Positions 1-9,251 are shown, numbered from the stretch's first letter. The stretch is DNA of 32,000 nucleotides from Pyrodictium delaneyi (GCF_001412615.1 NZ_CP013011.1:900001-932000), one strand, 5' to 3'. The notes: generated by a model from the letters alone, not told the origin. Made by a program: numbers and translations.

Positions 1-2
1 TG

Positions 3-383
3 AGCATCCCCTACCGCGGGAGCCTAAGGGAGGCCGTGGAGGAGTTCCACCAGATGCACCGCGAGAGGTACGGGTTCAGCCTCCCCGACGCCCCAGTGGT
101 GGTGGTTAACGCGAGGCTCACAGCCTACGGCATCGTGGCTAAGCCCCGGCTCCCCCGGGCAGAGCCCAAGCCGTATCGGCCAGAGCCTGCCGGCCGGAGA
201 CGCGTCTACTTCGACGAAGCCGGGTGGACAGAGACCCCCATCTACAGGAGGGCCGGGTTACGCCCTGGCGCCGAGATCGAGGGCCCCGCCGTCATAGAGT
301 CCGACGATAGCACTGTGCTTGTTCCTCCCGGCCACTATGCCCGCGTTGACGAGTTCTACACAATCCGCATAGAGAGGCTCTAG
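3..383 (+). CDS. hyuA: Hydantoinase/oxoprolinase A-subunit family protein, C-terminal fragment (5' end lies outside the window)
   Basis: Frame 3 is open from the window edge to the stop at 381-383. The translation (..HQMHRERYGFSLPDAPVVVVNARL..GPAVIESDDSTVLVPPG..) resembles the conserved C-terminus of HyuA/oxoprolinase A proteins. It ends 12 nt before the B-subunit gene. Confidence 0.8.
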   Translation, partial: SIPYRGSLREAVEEFHQMHRERYGFSLPDAPVVVVNARLTAYGIVAKPRLPRAEPKPYRPEPAGRRRVYFDEAGWTETPIYRRAGLRPGAEIEGPAVIESDDSTVLVPPGHYARVDEFYTIRIERL

Positions 384-395
384 GAGGGAACAACC

Positions 396-2051
396 ATGCT
401 GGACAAGATAACAGTCGAAGTGATAAGACACGCAGCCATCTTCACCGCAGAGGAGATGGGCATCGTCCTGCGGAACACCGCGTTCAGCCCAAACATAAGG
501 GACCGTCTCGACTACTCCTGCGCAGTCCTGGCACCGAGCGGGGAGCTAGTAGCACAGGCCGAGCACATCCCAGTACACCTCGGCAGCATGCCCGTCGGAG
601 TAAGGAACATGGTAGAGGCGCTGGAGAGAAACGGTGTCAGCTTGGGTCCCGGCGACGTCGCAGTCTCCAACGACCCATACATAACCGGGACACACCTCAA
701 CGACGTTATGGTGCTTAAGCCCGTCTACGTGGACGGCGTGCTCGTAGCCTACGTGGCCAACAAGGCCCACCACGTAGACGTGGGCGGCCTCATACCCGGT
801 GGCATCGGGGCGGGGGTGCGCAGCCTACGCGAGGAGGGCCTAGTGATACCCCCAGTGAAGATAGTCGAGAATGGCCGGCTACGAGAGGACATTGTGAGAC
901 TCATCGAGTCCAACGTGAGGACGCCCAGGTATCTCCGCGGCGACCTGATGGCGCAGCTAGCCGCCCTCAACACTGGGGAGAAGAGGGTACAAGAGCTAGC
1001 TAGGCGCTATGGCGTTGAGACATTACTCGAGGCCTGGGAGGAGATACTAAGCTACACCGAGCGTTATACCCGGACCATCCTCCGCAGCCTAGCCAAGGAG
1101 AGAACCGGGGTCTACACTGCAGAGGACTACGTGGAGCTGGAGAGCGGCGAGCTGGCCAAGATACGGGTCCGGCTAGAGATAAGCCCTGAGCGCATAGTAG
1201 CTGACTTCACGGGGACCGCTAGGCAGGTCGAGGAGCCTCTCAACGCGGTCTACGGCGTAACCGTGGCCGCTACGACCTACGCGATAAAGGCCGTGATAGA
1301 CCCCGACATGCCGATGAACAGCGGGTTCTACAGGGTCGTCGAGATACGGGCGCCCCGGGGGACACTGGTCAATCCTGTGCCCCCTGCCCCAGTCGGCGGG
1401 GGCAACGTGGAGACATCACAGAGGATAGCAGACGTTGTCCTACGCGCCCTAGCTGAGGCGTTCCCTGGCCGCGTGCCCGCCGCGAGCTGCGGGACTATGA
1501 GCAACCTCCTCCTGGGCGGCAAGGGCTGGGCATTCTACGAGACCATAGGCTGCGGCTCTGGCGGCAGGCCATGCTGCGACGGCGTAGACGGCGTACACAC
1601 CAATATGACCAATACGCTGAACACCCCGATAGAGGTGGCTGAGGCAGAGTACCCGCTACTCTTCCGCGCCTACGAGCTACGGCCCGACAGCGGCGGTCCA
1701 GGGCGGAACCGGGGAGGCCTAGGCATAGTCCGGGCTGTCACAGTGCTCGAGGACGACGTCACCGTAACGGTGTACGCGGAGCGCCACCAGTTAAGACCAT
1801 GGGGGCTGGAGGGTGGAGGAGCTGGAGCACCATTCCGCAGCTACGTGATAAGGGCTGGCGGGGAGAAGGTAGAGCTACCTCCTAAGGCCACGCTGAGGCT
1901 AGGCCGCGGCGACACCGTCTACGTCGAGACGCCGGGGGGCGGCGGCTATGGGGATCCCTGCGAGAGGCCCCGGGAGCTAGTAGAACGCGACATAGAAGAC
2001 GGCAAGGTGTCCCCCGAGGCTGCAAGACACGGTTACTGCTACGAGGGCTAG
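396..2051 (+). CDS. hyuB: Hydantoinase B/oxoprolinase family protein (N-methylhydantoinase B-like)
   Basis: 551-aa ORF with an ATG preceded by ggaggg. Family-typical blocks are present: DPYITGTHLNDV, GGGNVETSQRI, RGGLG and GGGGYGDP. It is adjacent to the A-subunit gene. Confidence 0.9.
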   Translation: MLDKITVEVIRHAAIFTAEEMGIVLRNTAFSPNIRDRLDYSCAVLAPSGELVAQAEHIPVHLGSMPVGVRNMVEALERNGVSLGPGDVAVSNDPYITGTHLNDVMVLKPVYVDGVLVAYVANKAHHVDVGGLIPGGIGAGVRSLREEGLVIPPVKIVENGRLREDIVRLIESNVRTPRYLRGDLMAQLAALNTGEKRVQELARRYGVETLLEAWEEILSYTERYTRTILRSLAKERTGVYTAEDYVELESGELAKIRVRLEISPERIVADFTGTARQVEEPLNAVYGVTVAATTYAIKAVIDPDMPMNSGFYRVVEIRAPRGTLVNPVPPAPVGGGNVETSQRIADVVLRALAEAFPGRVPAASCGTMSNLLLGGKGWAFYETIGCGSGGRPCCDGVDGVHTNMTNTLNTPIEVAEAEYPLLFRAYELRPDSGGPGRNRGGLGIVRAVTVLEDDVTVTVYAERHQLRPWGLEGGGAGAPFRSYVIRAGGEKVELPPKATLRLGRGDTVYVETPGGGGYGDPCERPRELVERDIEDGKVSPEAARHGYCYEG

Positions 2052-2219
2052 CGCCGCTGAGGAAATAGTGCCCCTCATCGCTTCATCCAGGTGGACGCCC
2101 CGAGGCCCCTCGTGGGGCTCCTCTGCTCAGGGGCCACCAGCCAGGAGCGTCACATTTCTGCAAAAACGCTGGACTGTCCTCGGTTTCTAGGCTCCAGAAT
2201 ATGTCCGTGTTAGAGCCGT

Positions 2220-2471
2220 TTAGAGCTGTACATCGATTGTACGGGTTATAGTTGCTGCTAGGTGCTCCGGCTTCGTGTACCACTTGTCGTAGGTGTACTT
2301 CTTGCCCTTGAAGCTTAGCTCTACTATCTCGCCCTTGTCGGCAATGTTCATCAGAGTCTCGCCTTCCTTAATGAGCTTCATTGTCGAGCCGACAACCATT
2401 ACCTTTATGCCCTTCTCCTGTAGCTTGGGCTTGATTAGCTCCTTTAGCTTGGATAGGTACTCGCTGGCCAT
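2220..2471 (-). CDS. Small hypothetical protein (83 aa, Lys-rich)
   Basis: Clean 83-aa ORF starting with ATG. An AT-rich TATA-like stretch (attaaatatt, 2516-2525) lies upstream on its strand. Its G+C is lower than its neighbours. I recognise no motif. Confidence 0.5.
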   Translation of the reverse strand: MASEYLSKLKELIKPKLQEKGIKVMVVGSTMKLIKEGETLMNIADKGEIVELSFKGKKYTYDKWYTKPEHLAATITRTIDVQL

Positions 2472-2542
2472 AGGCCTGCTCCCTCCATGCAGGGGCCCGA
2501 GGCGCTGCTACTGTATTAAATATTGCCTTACAATACCAGGCC

Positions 2543-3547
2543 CTAGTCCAGGGCGTCCCAGCCCGTCGTACCCTCTACCACCGAGCGGAACGCCTTTATC
2601 GTCCGGATACGCTCTGGGTCGATACCCTTCCTCAGCGCGTACAGCACAGAAGCGAGACCCGCGAGCCACGTACCCCAGACCATCCGCGAGACCATGTTGC
2701 CGCCGCGGAGTTTCACCACGTGGACGCTAGCCGGCCTCGCTAGGCCCACAACCTGGTGTAGAAGCGTACTCCATGGCTCTTCTCCGGGGTCTAGTACTAG
2801 TACCCTGGCATCACCCCCTGCAGCCCACGCCTCAATCATGTTATGGCCTATCTCAGGAACTTGACCGGTATCGGCTGCCAGCTTAGCGTTCTCTGCTAGC
2901 TCGCTCCTCATCCTCACCGCTACGGGGTAGTAAGGCTCCGGGGCTAGGATTACGAGACGACCGCTGCTACCCAGTAGCCACTCAACCAGCTCCCGGGCCT
3001 CCGCCTCGGCTTTCTCACGGTCACCGAGGAGCTGGATAGACTCCTCCACATGGCTACTCGGCACCTGGATGAGACCAGCTGCCTTGAGGCTGCCAAGCAT
3101 AGTGTAGAATAACTGTGGCCAGCCTGCACGCGGCGCCGGAGCCTCCTCTACCACCGCTACCGGCACGCCTACACGCCTAGCCCAGGCAGCTAGCCGGCCA
3201 CCAGTAGTGACGGCCACCACGTTGGCTCCTAGCCTGTAGGCTCTGGAGGCACAGTTCAGCGTCTCCCGCGTGTTCCCCGAAAAACTGACAGCATAGACTA
3301 GGCTCCCCCGACACCACCTCGGAGGCTCAGCCGACTTCACCACATAGACTGGGAGCCCTCCATACGCGGCAGAGAGCGCTGCTAGGTAGTCTCCTGCCGC
3401 ACCACTGCCCCCCATGCCACATACTACGACATTCTCTGCCCGCGCGTAGCCCGGAGGGAGCTGGAGAGCAAGCCCCGAAGCATAGGCTCGGCGCGCTGGC
3501 CCAGCCCAATTGAGGTAATACTCGTAGAAGCTTGACGCCATGCCCAA
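2543..3547 (-). CDS. Bifunctional phosphoglucose/phosphomannose isomerase (SIS-domain, crenarchaeal PGI/PMI type)
   Basis: 334-aa ORF with SIS-domain motifs VVCGMGGSGAAGDY and VSFSGNTRETL. Length and overall pattern fit the archaeal PGI/PMI family. Confidence 0.8.
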   Translation of the reverse strand: MGMASSFYEYYLNWAGPARRAYASGLALQLPPGYARAENVVVCGMGGSGAAGDYLAALSAAYGGLPVYVVKSAEPPRWCRGSLVYAVSFSGNTRETLNCASRAYRLGANVVAVTTGGRLAAWARRVGVPVAVVEEAPAPRAGWPQLFYTMLGSLKAAGLIQVPSSHVEESIQLLGDREKAEAEARELVEWLLGSSGRLVILAPEPYYPVAVRMRSELAENAKLAADTGQVPEIGHNMIEAWAAGGDARVLVLDPGEEPWSTLLHQVVGLARPASVHVVKLRGGNMVSRMVWGTWLAGLASVLYALRKGIDPERIRTIKAFRSVVEGTTGWDALD

Positions 3548-3639
3548 CTACACCCACTATACTCTCTAGCACAGAGGCTAGAGACCTAAAGAAGCCACTG
3601 CATCCCGTAGAAGCCCGCAAGGAGCAGGGGAGAATAGGG

Positions 3640-3716
3640 TGGTGGGCCCGGGGGGATTCGAACCCCCGACCTCCCGGTTATCAGCCGGGCGCTCCGCCGG
3701 GCTGAGCTACGGGCCC
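3640..3716 (-). tRNA. tRNA-Ile(GAU): tRNA-Ile (anticodon GAU), CCA encoded
   Basis: The reverse complement folds as a perfect cloverleaf. The arms are acceptor GGGCCCG/CGGGCCC, D arm GCUC..GAGC, anticodon arm CCCGG-CUGAUAA-CCGGG, variable AGGUC and T arm GGGGG-UUCGAAU-CCCCC, followed by A and CCA. Total 77 nt. Confidence 0.93.
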
Positions 3717-3847
3717 ACAGCCAAACGTGGACCAGACCGCCCTGGCCGAGGCTTCCCCCAGGCCCCGTCTGGTGAGCTAGAGGCCCGTCTAGGGTTATTT
3801 GAGTCTTGCACCCAGAGGGTTGTAGCCGGGAGTAGGGGGCAGGAAGA

Positions 3848-4510
3848 TTGAGTCTCCGCCGGCGGAGGATGCAGCGAAGCGGCAGTAGTGGTGGACGACG
3901 AGGCCCCGGGGCTAGTGATGCGTTCCTACGAGAGGCTAGCGAGGCCGTTGAGCCCGTACATGGGCAGGGGTTCTTCTACGTGGGCTACGGCTACGTGGCA
4001 TACTACCTTGTCTTCGACTACCTGGATCCACTGGGCTACTACGACGCTGTACTCCGGGACCCGAGGCTCTACGAGGAGGAGGTTCTACGGCTCTACTACG
4101 GGATGCAGGAGCTCGTTGACCAGGAGAAGGTGGTCGTCAACGGCGAGCGTGTAAGACCCCGGGTCGCGATGGTCGATATAGGGTTCCGGGGCCGCAAGAA
4201 CCGGGTCTTCATAGTCTTCGCGCTCCGGTTCACAGCGCCTATAAGACCGGGCGTAAACGTGTACGAGAACCACTATGAGCCGGAGGAGATAGAGTATAGC
4301 TACGAAGCCTACTGGATATTCCCGCCGGGCTCGAGGATACTCGAAGTGGATATGGGTACTGGGACTGAGGACTGGGAGATAGTCGGGAAGAATACCCTAG
4401 CCATCTACGGGCATCGAGGCGGCCGCACAGGCGGCTACGAGAAGATAGTCTTCCGGATGCCCGAGCCCGGACAGCTAGTAGCGGGGTTCACCGGGGACGA
4501 GGAAGATTAG
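3848..4510 (+). CDS. Hypothetical protein (start uncertain)
   Basis: 220-aa ORF that begins at TTG. The Arg/Gly-rich first ~40 aa may not be translated, and an in-frame ATG lies at 3869. The downstream part is Tyr-rich and looks globular. The 3' end overlaps the convergent gene by 23 nt. Confidence 0.5.
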   Translation: MSLRRRRMQRSGSSGGRRGPGASDAFLREASEAVEPVHGQGFFYVGYGYVAYYLVFDYLDPLGYYDAVLRDPRLYEEEVLRLYYGMQELVDQEKVVVNGERVRPRVAMVDIGFRGRKNRVFIVFALRFTAPIRPGVNVYENHYEPEEIEYSYEAYWIFPPGSRILEVDMGTGTEDWEIVGKNTLAIYGHRGGRTGGYEKIVFRMPEPGQLVAGFTGDEED

Positions 4511-5342
4511 CTTGTTCTACGTAGACTCTTACTTCCTCTGCCTGGAGCCGAGCCGCGCCTTCGAGAGCCCGCTCTCCGACTAGCGTCTCTTCACCCGATA
4601 TTAGGAGTAGCTCGATCCTCCTAGGTGAGGGGTCACTATAGACGTGTAGTTCACCTTGCTCTCCTCGGCACCTCATGTATAGCCTGGCGTTCACCGTTAA
4701 TAGTTCATCGAGGATGTCAATGCATGTTCTGCCGGCTGTGCGAACCCCTATCTCCTGGCCCCTCAGCGCTATAGCGCTAGCAGCAAGGATGTTGAAGATG
4801 TCACCTATTTCGAAGCCTCTCCTCCTGACAATCGCAGCGTACATAGAGCCTGCCGGGGAGGGTATCGTTGTCAGCCTAGGCTGCGGCGTAGCCGGCTGCT
4901 GTACCCTAGCTGGCTCCATAGGTCTGACCTGCCTAGTTTGGGTCGCCTGTGCAGCTGGTGAGCCCGTTTGCTGGGAGCGTAGCCCTACAAGTTGTGCTAC
5001 GGCAGCAACGCCACCAGGTATGATACTTGAAGGCATTGCCTGGAAGTCTATCCTCACTCTGTCATCGCTGAGTTTAATTATCTCTATAGTGCCCTGCTTC
5101 GCGTCTAGAAACTTAGCAAGCTCTTGGAGACATTGCTGTCCATATAATGGCGTTCCACGGGATCGAACCGCTATACAGCCCGCCCTTCCATCGCGAGAAA
5201 CCTCTAAATGGAATGTGAAGCCGTGGGGAGCGTAGTAAACGAGGCGTGCATAGCCTAGCTTAATAGTTTCCACGATGGCGTTACGGAGAGGAAGCCTTGA
5301 AGCGTCTACTAGGCGGAGAGTATGGCCACGGGTTACAAACAA
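4488..5342 (-). CDS. Hypothetical two-domain protein with a P/Q/A/T-rich linker (distal member of the signalling island)
   Basis: 284-aa ORF. Two ~90-100-aa globular segments are separated by a low-complexity linker (QQTGSPAAQATQTRQVRPMEPARVQQPATPQPRLTT). The architecture parallels the 10079-10711 product. Confidence 0.6.
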   Translation of the reverse strand: MFVTRGHTLRLVDASRLPLRNAIVETIKLGYARLVYYAPHGFTFHLEVSRDGRAGCIAVRSRGTPLYGQQCLQELAKFLDAKQGTIEIIKLSDDRVRIDFQAMPSSIIPGGVAAVAQLVGLRSQQTGSPAAQATQTRQVRPMEPARVQQPATPQPRLTTIPSPAGSMYAAIVRRRGFEIGDIFNILAASAIALRGQEIGVRTAGRTCIDILDELLTVNARLYMRCRGEQGELHVYSDPSPRRIELLLISGEETLVGERALEGAARLQAEEVRVYVEQANLPRPR

Positions 5343-5449
5343 GGCTTGATCCGCACCTCTCTTGATAGTATTGATAATATAGGAGTACTATGAGTCGGGA
5401 CTACGTTGTAAACACTACCGGCTCTCGACGAGCCCGGGATGCAGATAAA

Positions 5450-6250
5450 TTATTGCCTTCTCTTCTCCGTCAGTATTAGACCCAGCGACGCTGCTAGAGG
5501 TGCTGCGCCAACTATAGTGGCTATGACTGGGTCTATGCCGAGTAGGAGCGAGCTAGCATAGTATGCCGCAACTACTCCTCCACCTATAGTCAATCTTATT
5601 AGGAGCGGGGTTTCGCCCTTCTCTTCTGAGACTACTTCACCTTCATTGCTCTGAGCACGTGGAGTCACTGCTACTGCTGAGCGTTGTTTCTCCGCCTTAG
5701 CTGGCTCAACACGTCCTGGCGCGAGCATTAATTCTGCGCCGCAATTGGGACAACTACGTGCAGGACTTGCTGTCCCACAGTAGGGGCAAAGAGTGGCCGT
5801 AAATGGTATTCTTTTGCCGCAGCTCGGACAGGTATAGGTATGTACGTCGAGTACCGCGCTACAGTTCGGGCAAGAGATTGGCGCTCCCGTAGCCAGCCTC
5901 CTCACCGGGTCAAGCAGACTCTCTACTGCCTGGCGTTCACCTAGGATAGCTACTGTGAATCCCTCACCTACATCAGCTACAAGGAGAGCCTTACCGCCTT
6001 GATCGGCTAGTATGACGCGGGCATTACCAGTAAGCTTCTGCCAGCTAGATTCGAGATAAACAGCGCTCGCTGCGGCAAGTTCGTCAGCGTATATTTCATA
6101 TTCGGGGTTCAGCGCTTGTACACTATAAGTGAAACCTTCATGAGCAGCAACAACTATATCAACACCGTCGACGGAGGATGCGAGCGCAATTATACTGGTA
6201 ATCCTCTCCTCGGGAGAAGCTATCCTCGGCACAGCCAGCGCCTCGGTCAC
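5450..6250 (-). CDS. Roadblock/LC7-like domain + double zinc ribbon + C-terminal membrane anchor protein
   Basis: The N-terminal ~110 aa fit the Roadblock/LC7 (MglB-like) pattern: VDGVDIVVAAHEGF..ADELAAASAVYLE..ALLVADVGEGFTVAILG. Four CxxC pairs follow (C127/130, C141/144, C155/158, C167/170), which make two zinc ribbons. The last ~45 aa are hydrophobic and could form 2 TM helices. Confidence 0.65.
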   Translation of the reverse strand: MTEALAVPRIASPEERITSIIALASSVDGVDIVVAAHEGFTYSVQALNPEYEIYADELAAASAVYLESSWQKLTGNARVILADQGGKALLVADVGEGFTVAILGERQAVESLLDPVRRLATGAPISCPNCSAVLDVHTYTCPSCGKRIPFTATLCPYCGTASPARSCPNCGAELMLAPGRVEPAKAEKQRSAVAVTPRAQSNEGEVVSEEKGETPLLIRLTIGGGVVAAYYASSLLLGIDPVIATIVGAAPLAASLGLILTEKRRQ

Positions 6251-6332
6251 GACGTAGAAACACCCCGCTACTACAGGAGGGTTTAAGGCTCTGCATTAAT
6301 AATATACTCCCGCGTCTAGCAAAATCACTGTA

Positions 6333-7376
6333 CTAGACTATGGCCGATAATGTGTAACTCGGCATATTCCTCTTCTCGGCAACATCCACCACGAATACAT
6401 GATAGAATGCTGCAACCACTTCATCGCCGAGCCTACCCCAGAGCTGCCGGAGCTCCCGGAATTCCCCATTATCGAGGAAGCCCAGGTCAACCATGGCCTG
6501 GGGTGGCCAGCCACCAGGATAGCCCTTCTCACGTTCGATCTCTACTACGTCCCTCCAGTAGCTCGCAGAGACTGCTGGAAGGCCCTGGAAGGGGCTAAGC
6601 CCCGCATACACATGAGCTACGAGCTGTAGACCATACCAGGTGGGGGTCCATGCAACCCATGATAGTATGTTGTGCGGGAGCTTCGATGGGAGCAACGGTA
6701 TCGGCAGCTCGCCTGGATCGGGACTACGCAACTCTATACCGAGGTCAGCCAGTAGATCGACAGGCATGTAGTGGGCGTCACGCGCCGGGATAACTATAAG
6801 CGGGTAATCTGGCTCACTCATAACTGCTGCAGCCTCTATGTCGAAGAGGTAGACCCACCTACGACCATCTACAATGCCTAGCGCTGCATTAGAGGTAGTC
6901 ACGTCTACATGGACTATGTCGGCAGCCTCGAGACAGGCTAGAGCCTTAAGCACGTCGAGCGCCATTGCAGCACGTTCACCATCATTTATCATCAGGAGGT
7001 AGTCGTGCAGCTTCTCCTCATCGTTAACTATATCCGCTATAGTAGTGAAGCCCTCCACGCTCCGGAAGACAAGTACCGCTTGCTCGCCAAGAGCCCCCAC
7101 TGCAAGGGGAAGTCCGCGACTAACGAGGCTACGGGGAAGTGCTGGACCACAGCGGCGACGAAGTCTAACTAGCCTGCGGAGTATCTCCGCTATACGCTCT
7201 ATGGGCTTAGCAAGCTGGGTCTGCTTCTCAGTAAACACCTTAGCTATGTATCTCTGATTACCTATCTTGAGCTCGTATATGTCAGCCTCGCCACCGCTAT
7301 CTATGAACTCCCAGCTAGAGGTATCACTCGACACGACACGGCCATCAACAAATACTAGCGTTATCTTGGCCACCAT
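6333..7376 (-). CDS. Protein-kinase-like (ePK-fold) protein with an uncharacterised ~150-aa C-terminal extension
   Basis: There is a G-loop-like SGGEADIY and a beta3 Lys in YIAKVF (K46). The catalytic loop is HVDVTTSN (D158, N163), and the metal-binding Asp sits in LFDIE (D179, in place of DFG). The D158-N163-D179 spacing is as in eukaryotic-type kinases. Confidence 0.6.
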   Translation of the reverse strand: MVAKITLVFVDGRVVSSDTSSWEFIDSGGEADIYELKIGNQRYIAKVFTEKQTQLAKPIERIAEILRRLVRLRRRCGPALPRSLVSRGLPLAVGALGEQAVLVFRSVEGFTTIADIVNDEEKLHDYLLMINDGERAAMALDVLKALACLEAADIVHVDVTTSNAALGIVDGRRWVYLFDIEAAAVMSEPDYPLIVIPARDAHYMPVDLLADLGIELRSPDPGELPIPLLPSKLPHNILSWVAWTPTWYGLQLVAHVYAGLSPFQGLPAVSASYWRDVVEIEREKGYPGGWPPQAMVDLGFLDNGEFRELRQLWGRLGDEVVAAFYHVFVVDVAEKRNMPSYTLSAIV

Positions 7377-7500
7377 GCCCTACCTCCTGACTACCCATAG
7401 TCTAAGGAGCTACTTAGTGCAGTTAGGGACTATCCGGGAGATACAAAAGACAAATGCTAAGAAACCATGTACTAGACTGATAACGAAAGTTACCCGGGAG

Positions 7501-8322
7501 CTAGAGTACTGCTGTCTCGCTCAGTCTCTCTACGAAGCGACGTACAGCCTCTTCCCACTCTTTCGTTATCCTATCATCCCTTGGTGCATCGATGAACATC
7601 TTCTCGTGGTACGGCGGATCTACTATGTCTATAAGGCCGCGCTCTTCTAGCACCTTGCGTTGTGCCTCTCGGAGAAAGCTAGCTATGTCGCGTAGTGTTT
7701 CACGGTCTGCGTCAAGCCCGAGTGCTATAGTAGCTAAGCCTATCCTATTCCTCTGGTTAAGTTCTTGAAGCTTTGCCAGCATCTCTCCCGTGAGCTTCTC
7801 CGCCGCAGTAGCCACATCCTCCGGTGTCCTCTTGGTCTCTTTACCGTCAGTGAAGAGGAATACAGTGACGTATTTCTCGCTTGGTAGACTCGTATCACTT
7901 ATATATCTTTCAACTACACCCATAGCTTGTTCGATAGCATCCGCCATTGCAGTCATGCCATATGGTTCATTCTCGTTTAGACTTTCTTTGAAGGCTTGTA
8001 GAGCTGGGTTATCCCCAGTAACGGGAAAATACACCTGCCCGCCTCTCTCAACAACTGCTACATCATCACTAAACCATACAAAGCCTACACGAAATGCTGG
8101 CGCCATGTTGCTTCTGTTCAAACGATATAATAGCTTCTCAACAAGTTCTACCAAATGATCCCACTTACCTCTATGGTCATAAGTCTTCGGCTCGCTCATG
8201 CTAAGTGAACGATCAAGAACGAATACTACTAGCACAGTATAGCTAAGTGGCCGCTTCTTTAACACCTTTAGTATCGTCGAGGGAAGCGCCATAGTAATCC
8301 TCCTCTCCCCCGTAAGACCCAC
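7501..8322 (-). CDS. von Willebrand factor type A (vWA) domain protein with a complete MIDAS motif
   Basis: The MIDAS elements are VFVLDRSLSMS (DxSxS), GMTAMADAI (Thr) and VFLFTDG (Asp). A ~70-aa C-terminal extension follows. The start could be the second Met at 8292. Confidence 0.8.
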   Translation of the reverse strand: MGLTGERRITMALPSTILKVLKKRPLSYTVLVVFVLDRSLSMSEPKTYDHRGKWDHLVELVEKLLYRLNRSNMAPAFRVGFVWFSDDVAVVERGGQVYFPVTGDNPALQAFKESLNENEPYGMTAMADAIEQAMGVVERYISDTSLPSEKYVTVFLFTDGKETKRTPEDVATAAEKLTGEMLAKLQELNQRNRIGLATIALGLDADRETLRDIASFLREAQRKVLEERGLIDIVDPPYHEKMFIDAPRDDRITKEWEEAVRRFVERLSETAVL

Positions 8323-8389
8323 AGCGTTTCTATAATCCGGGCCTAAGCTATTCTAAAGTGCTATATATTGTTACTTAACTGATACATCT

Positions 8390-9160
8390 CTATTCTTCTT
8401 CGCGCTTTAACACAGTGATGACGCCTACTCCGCCAGCAACGCTAGCAAACACTATCGAATTCTGAGTAGCTATTACTATGCGTTGTACTTGTCCTTCACC
8501 AAGTTCTTCAAGTGCTTTAGAGAGAATAGAGATAGCTTCCGATAAACCACGGGCTGCCCTTGCTGCTTGGTCCTCAGGTAATCCATCAACGTTTATCATA
8601 TTGCTGGTAGTGAGGTCCACCGCCATACTCCTTATAGTGCTACCGCCGGCGAATTTTGCTTGACCGCCTTGAGCCATTGAGAGAAGATTGAGAAGCTCTA
8701 CGAATATGTCTCCTAGCTTGCCGCCTGGTGCACGCGGCTGGAGCACTGCAGGGAATGAGCTAACGAGTCCAACAACGAATCGGTTAACTATCCTCGAGAC
8801 AGCATCGCCGCCATACTCCTCTACGAGAGGGCCTCCCATCTCCGCCTCTATATAGAGGCGGCAAGTTGCTCCCCGGCTTACTGCCGTGACTATCACTTTG
8901 CCATTAAGATCACCCTTTGCTTCGTATACTAGACGGTCGGGTTCCTTCCTTAGACGAACCTCTACGCGATATTCGCGCTTCAGCGTAGAGGAGAATACCA
9001 GTATCGCAGCGTCTCTCTTTTCGCCTCTTTCAACAAGTCTTGCGGCTCCTGCAAAGAAGTCGCCCGGGTTCTTGGAGGCTAGAAACGTTATGACTCTATC
9101 ACAAGGCGCACGTATATCTAGAACAACGTCTCTACGAATACTAGGCACCAGACTTTGCAC
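8390..9160 (-). CDS. SRPBCC-like N-terminal module fused to a C-terminal Roadblock/LC7-like domain
   Basis: The N-terminal ~140 aa are recognisably similar to the N-terminus of the 10736-12193 product: EYRVEVRL..KGDLNGKVIV..RIVNRFVVGL versus RRIRLDVKV..KGDMDSLVIA..KLVNEFVKSI. The C-terminal ~90 aa fit Roadblock/LC7 (MINVDGLPEDQAARAARGLSEA..IVIATQNSIVFASVAGGVGVITVL). The SRPBCC assignment is an inference from the beta-rich pattern only. Confidence 0.55.
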   Translation of the reverse strand: MQSLVPSIRRDVVLDIRAPCDRVITFLASKNPGDFFAGAARLVERGEKRDAAILVFSSTLKREYRVEVRLRKEPDRLVYEAKGDLNGKVIVTAVSRGATCRLYIEAEMGGPLVEEYGGDAVSRIVNRFVVGLVSSFPAVLQPRAPGGKLGDIFVELLNLLSMAQGGQAKFAGGSTIRSMAVDLTTSNMINVDGLPEDQAARAARGLSEAISILSKALEELGEGQVQRIVIATQNSIVFASVAGGVGVITVLKREEE

Positions 9161-9251
9161 CCCAGCCTGAATTTGTTAGCCTTTTGGGGAGGAATATTAT
9201 TACTTAGGGGGCCATCAGTGGGATAAAGAGCTACGGGTGTGAGGGGAAGCC

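Noticed and set aside
2220-2471. N-terminal resemblance of the 83-aa protein (LQEKGIKVMVVGSTMKL) to the NTase at 12356 (LQTKGVKGVVVGSTVIDL), which suggested a truncated NTase paralogue.
   Set aside because: The similarity spans only about 18 residues. The small protein lacks the DxD catalytic motif and the rest does not align. It is probably coincidental.
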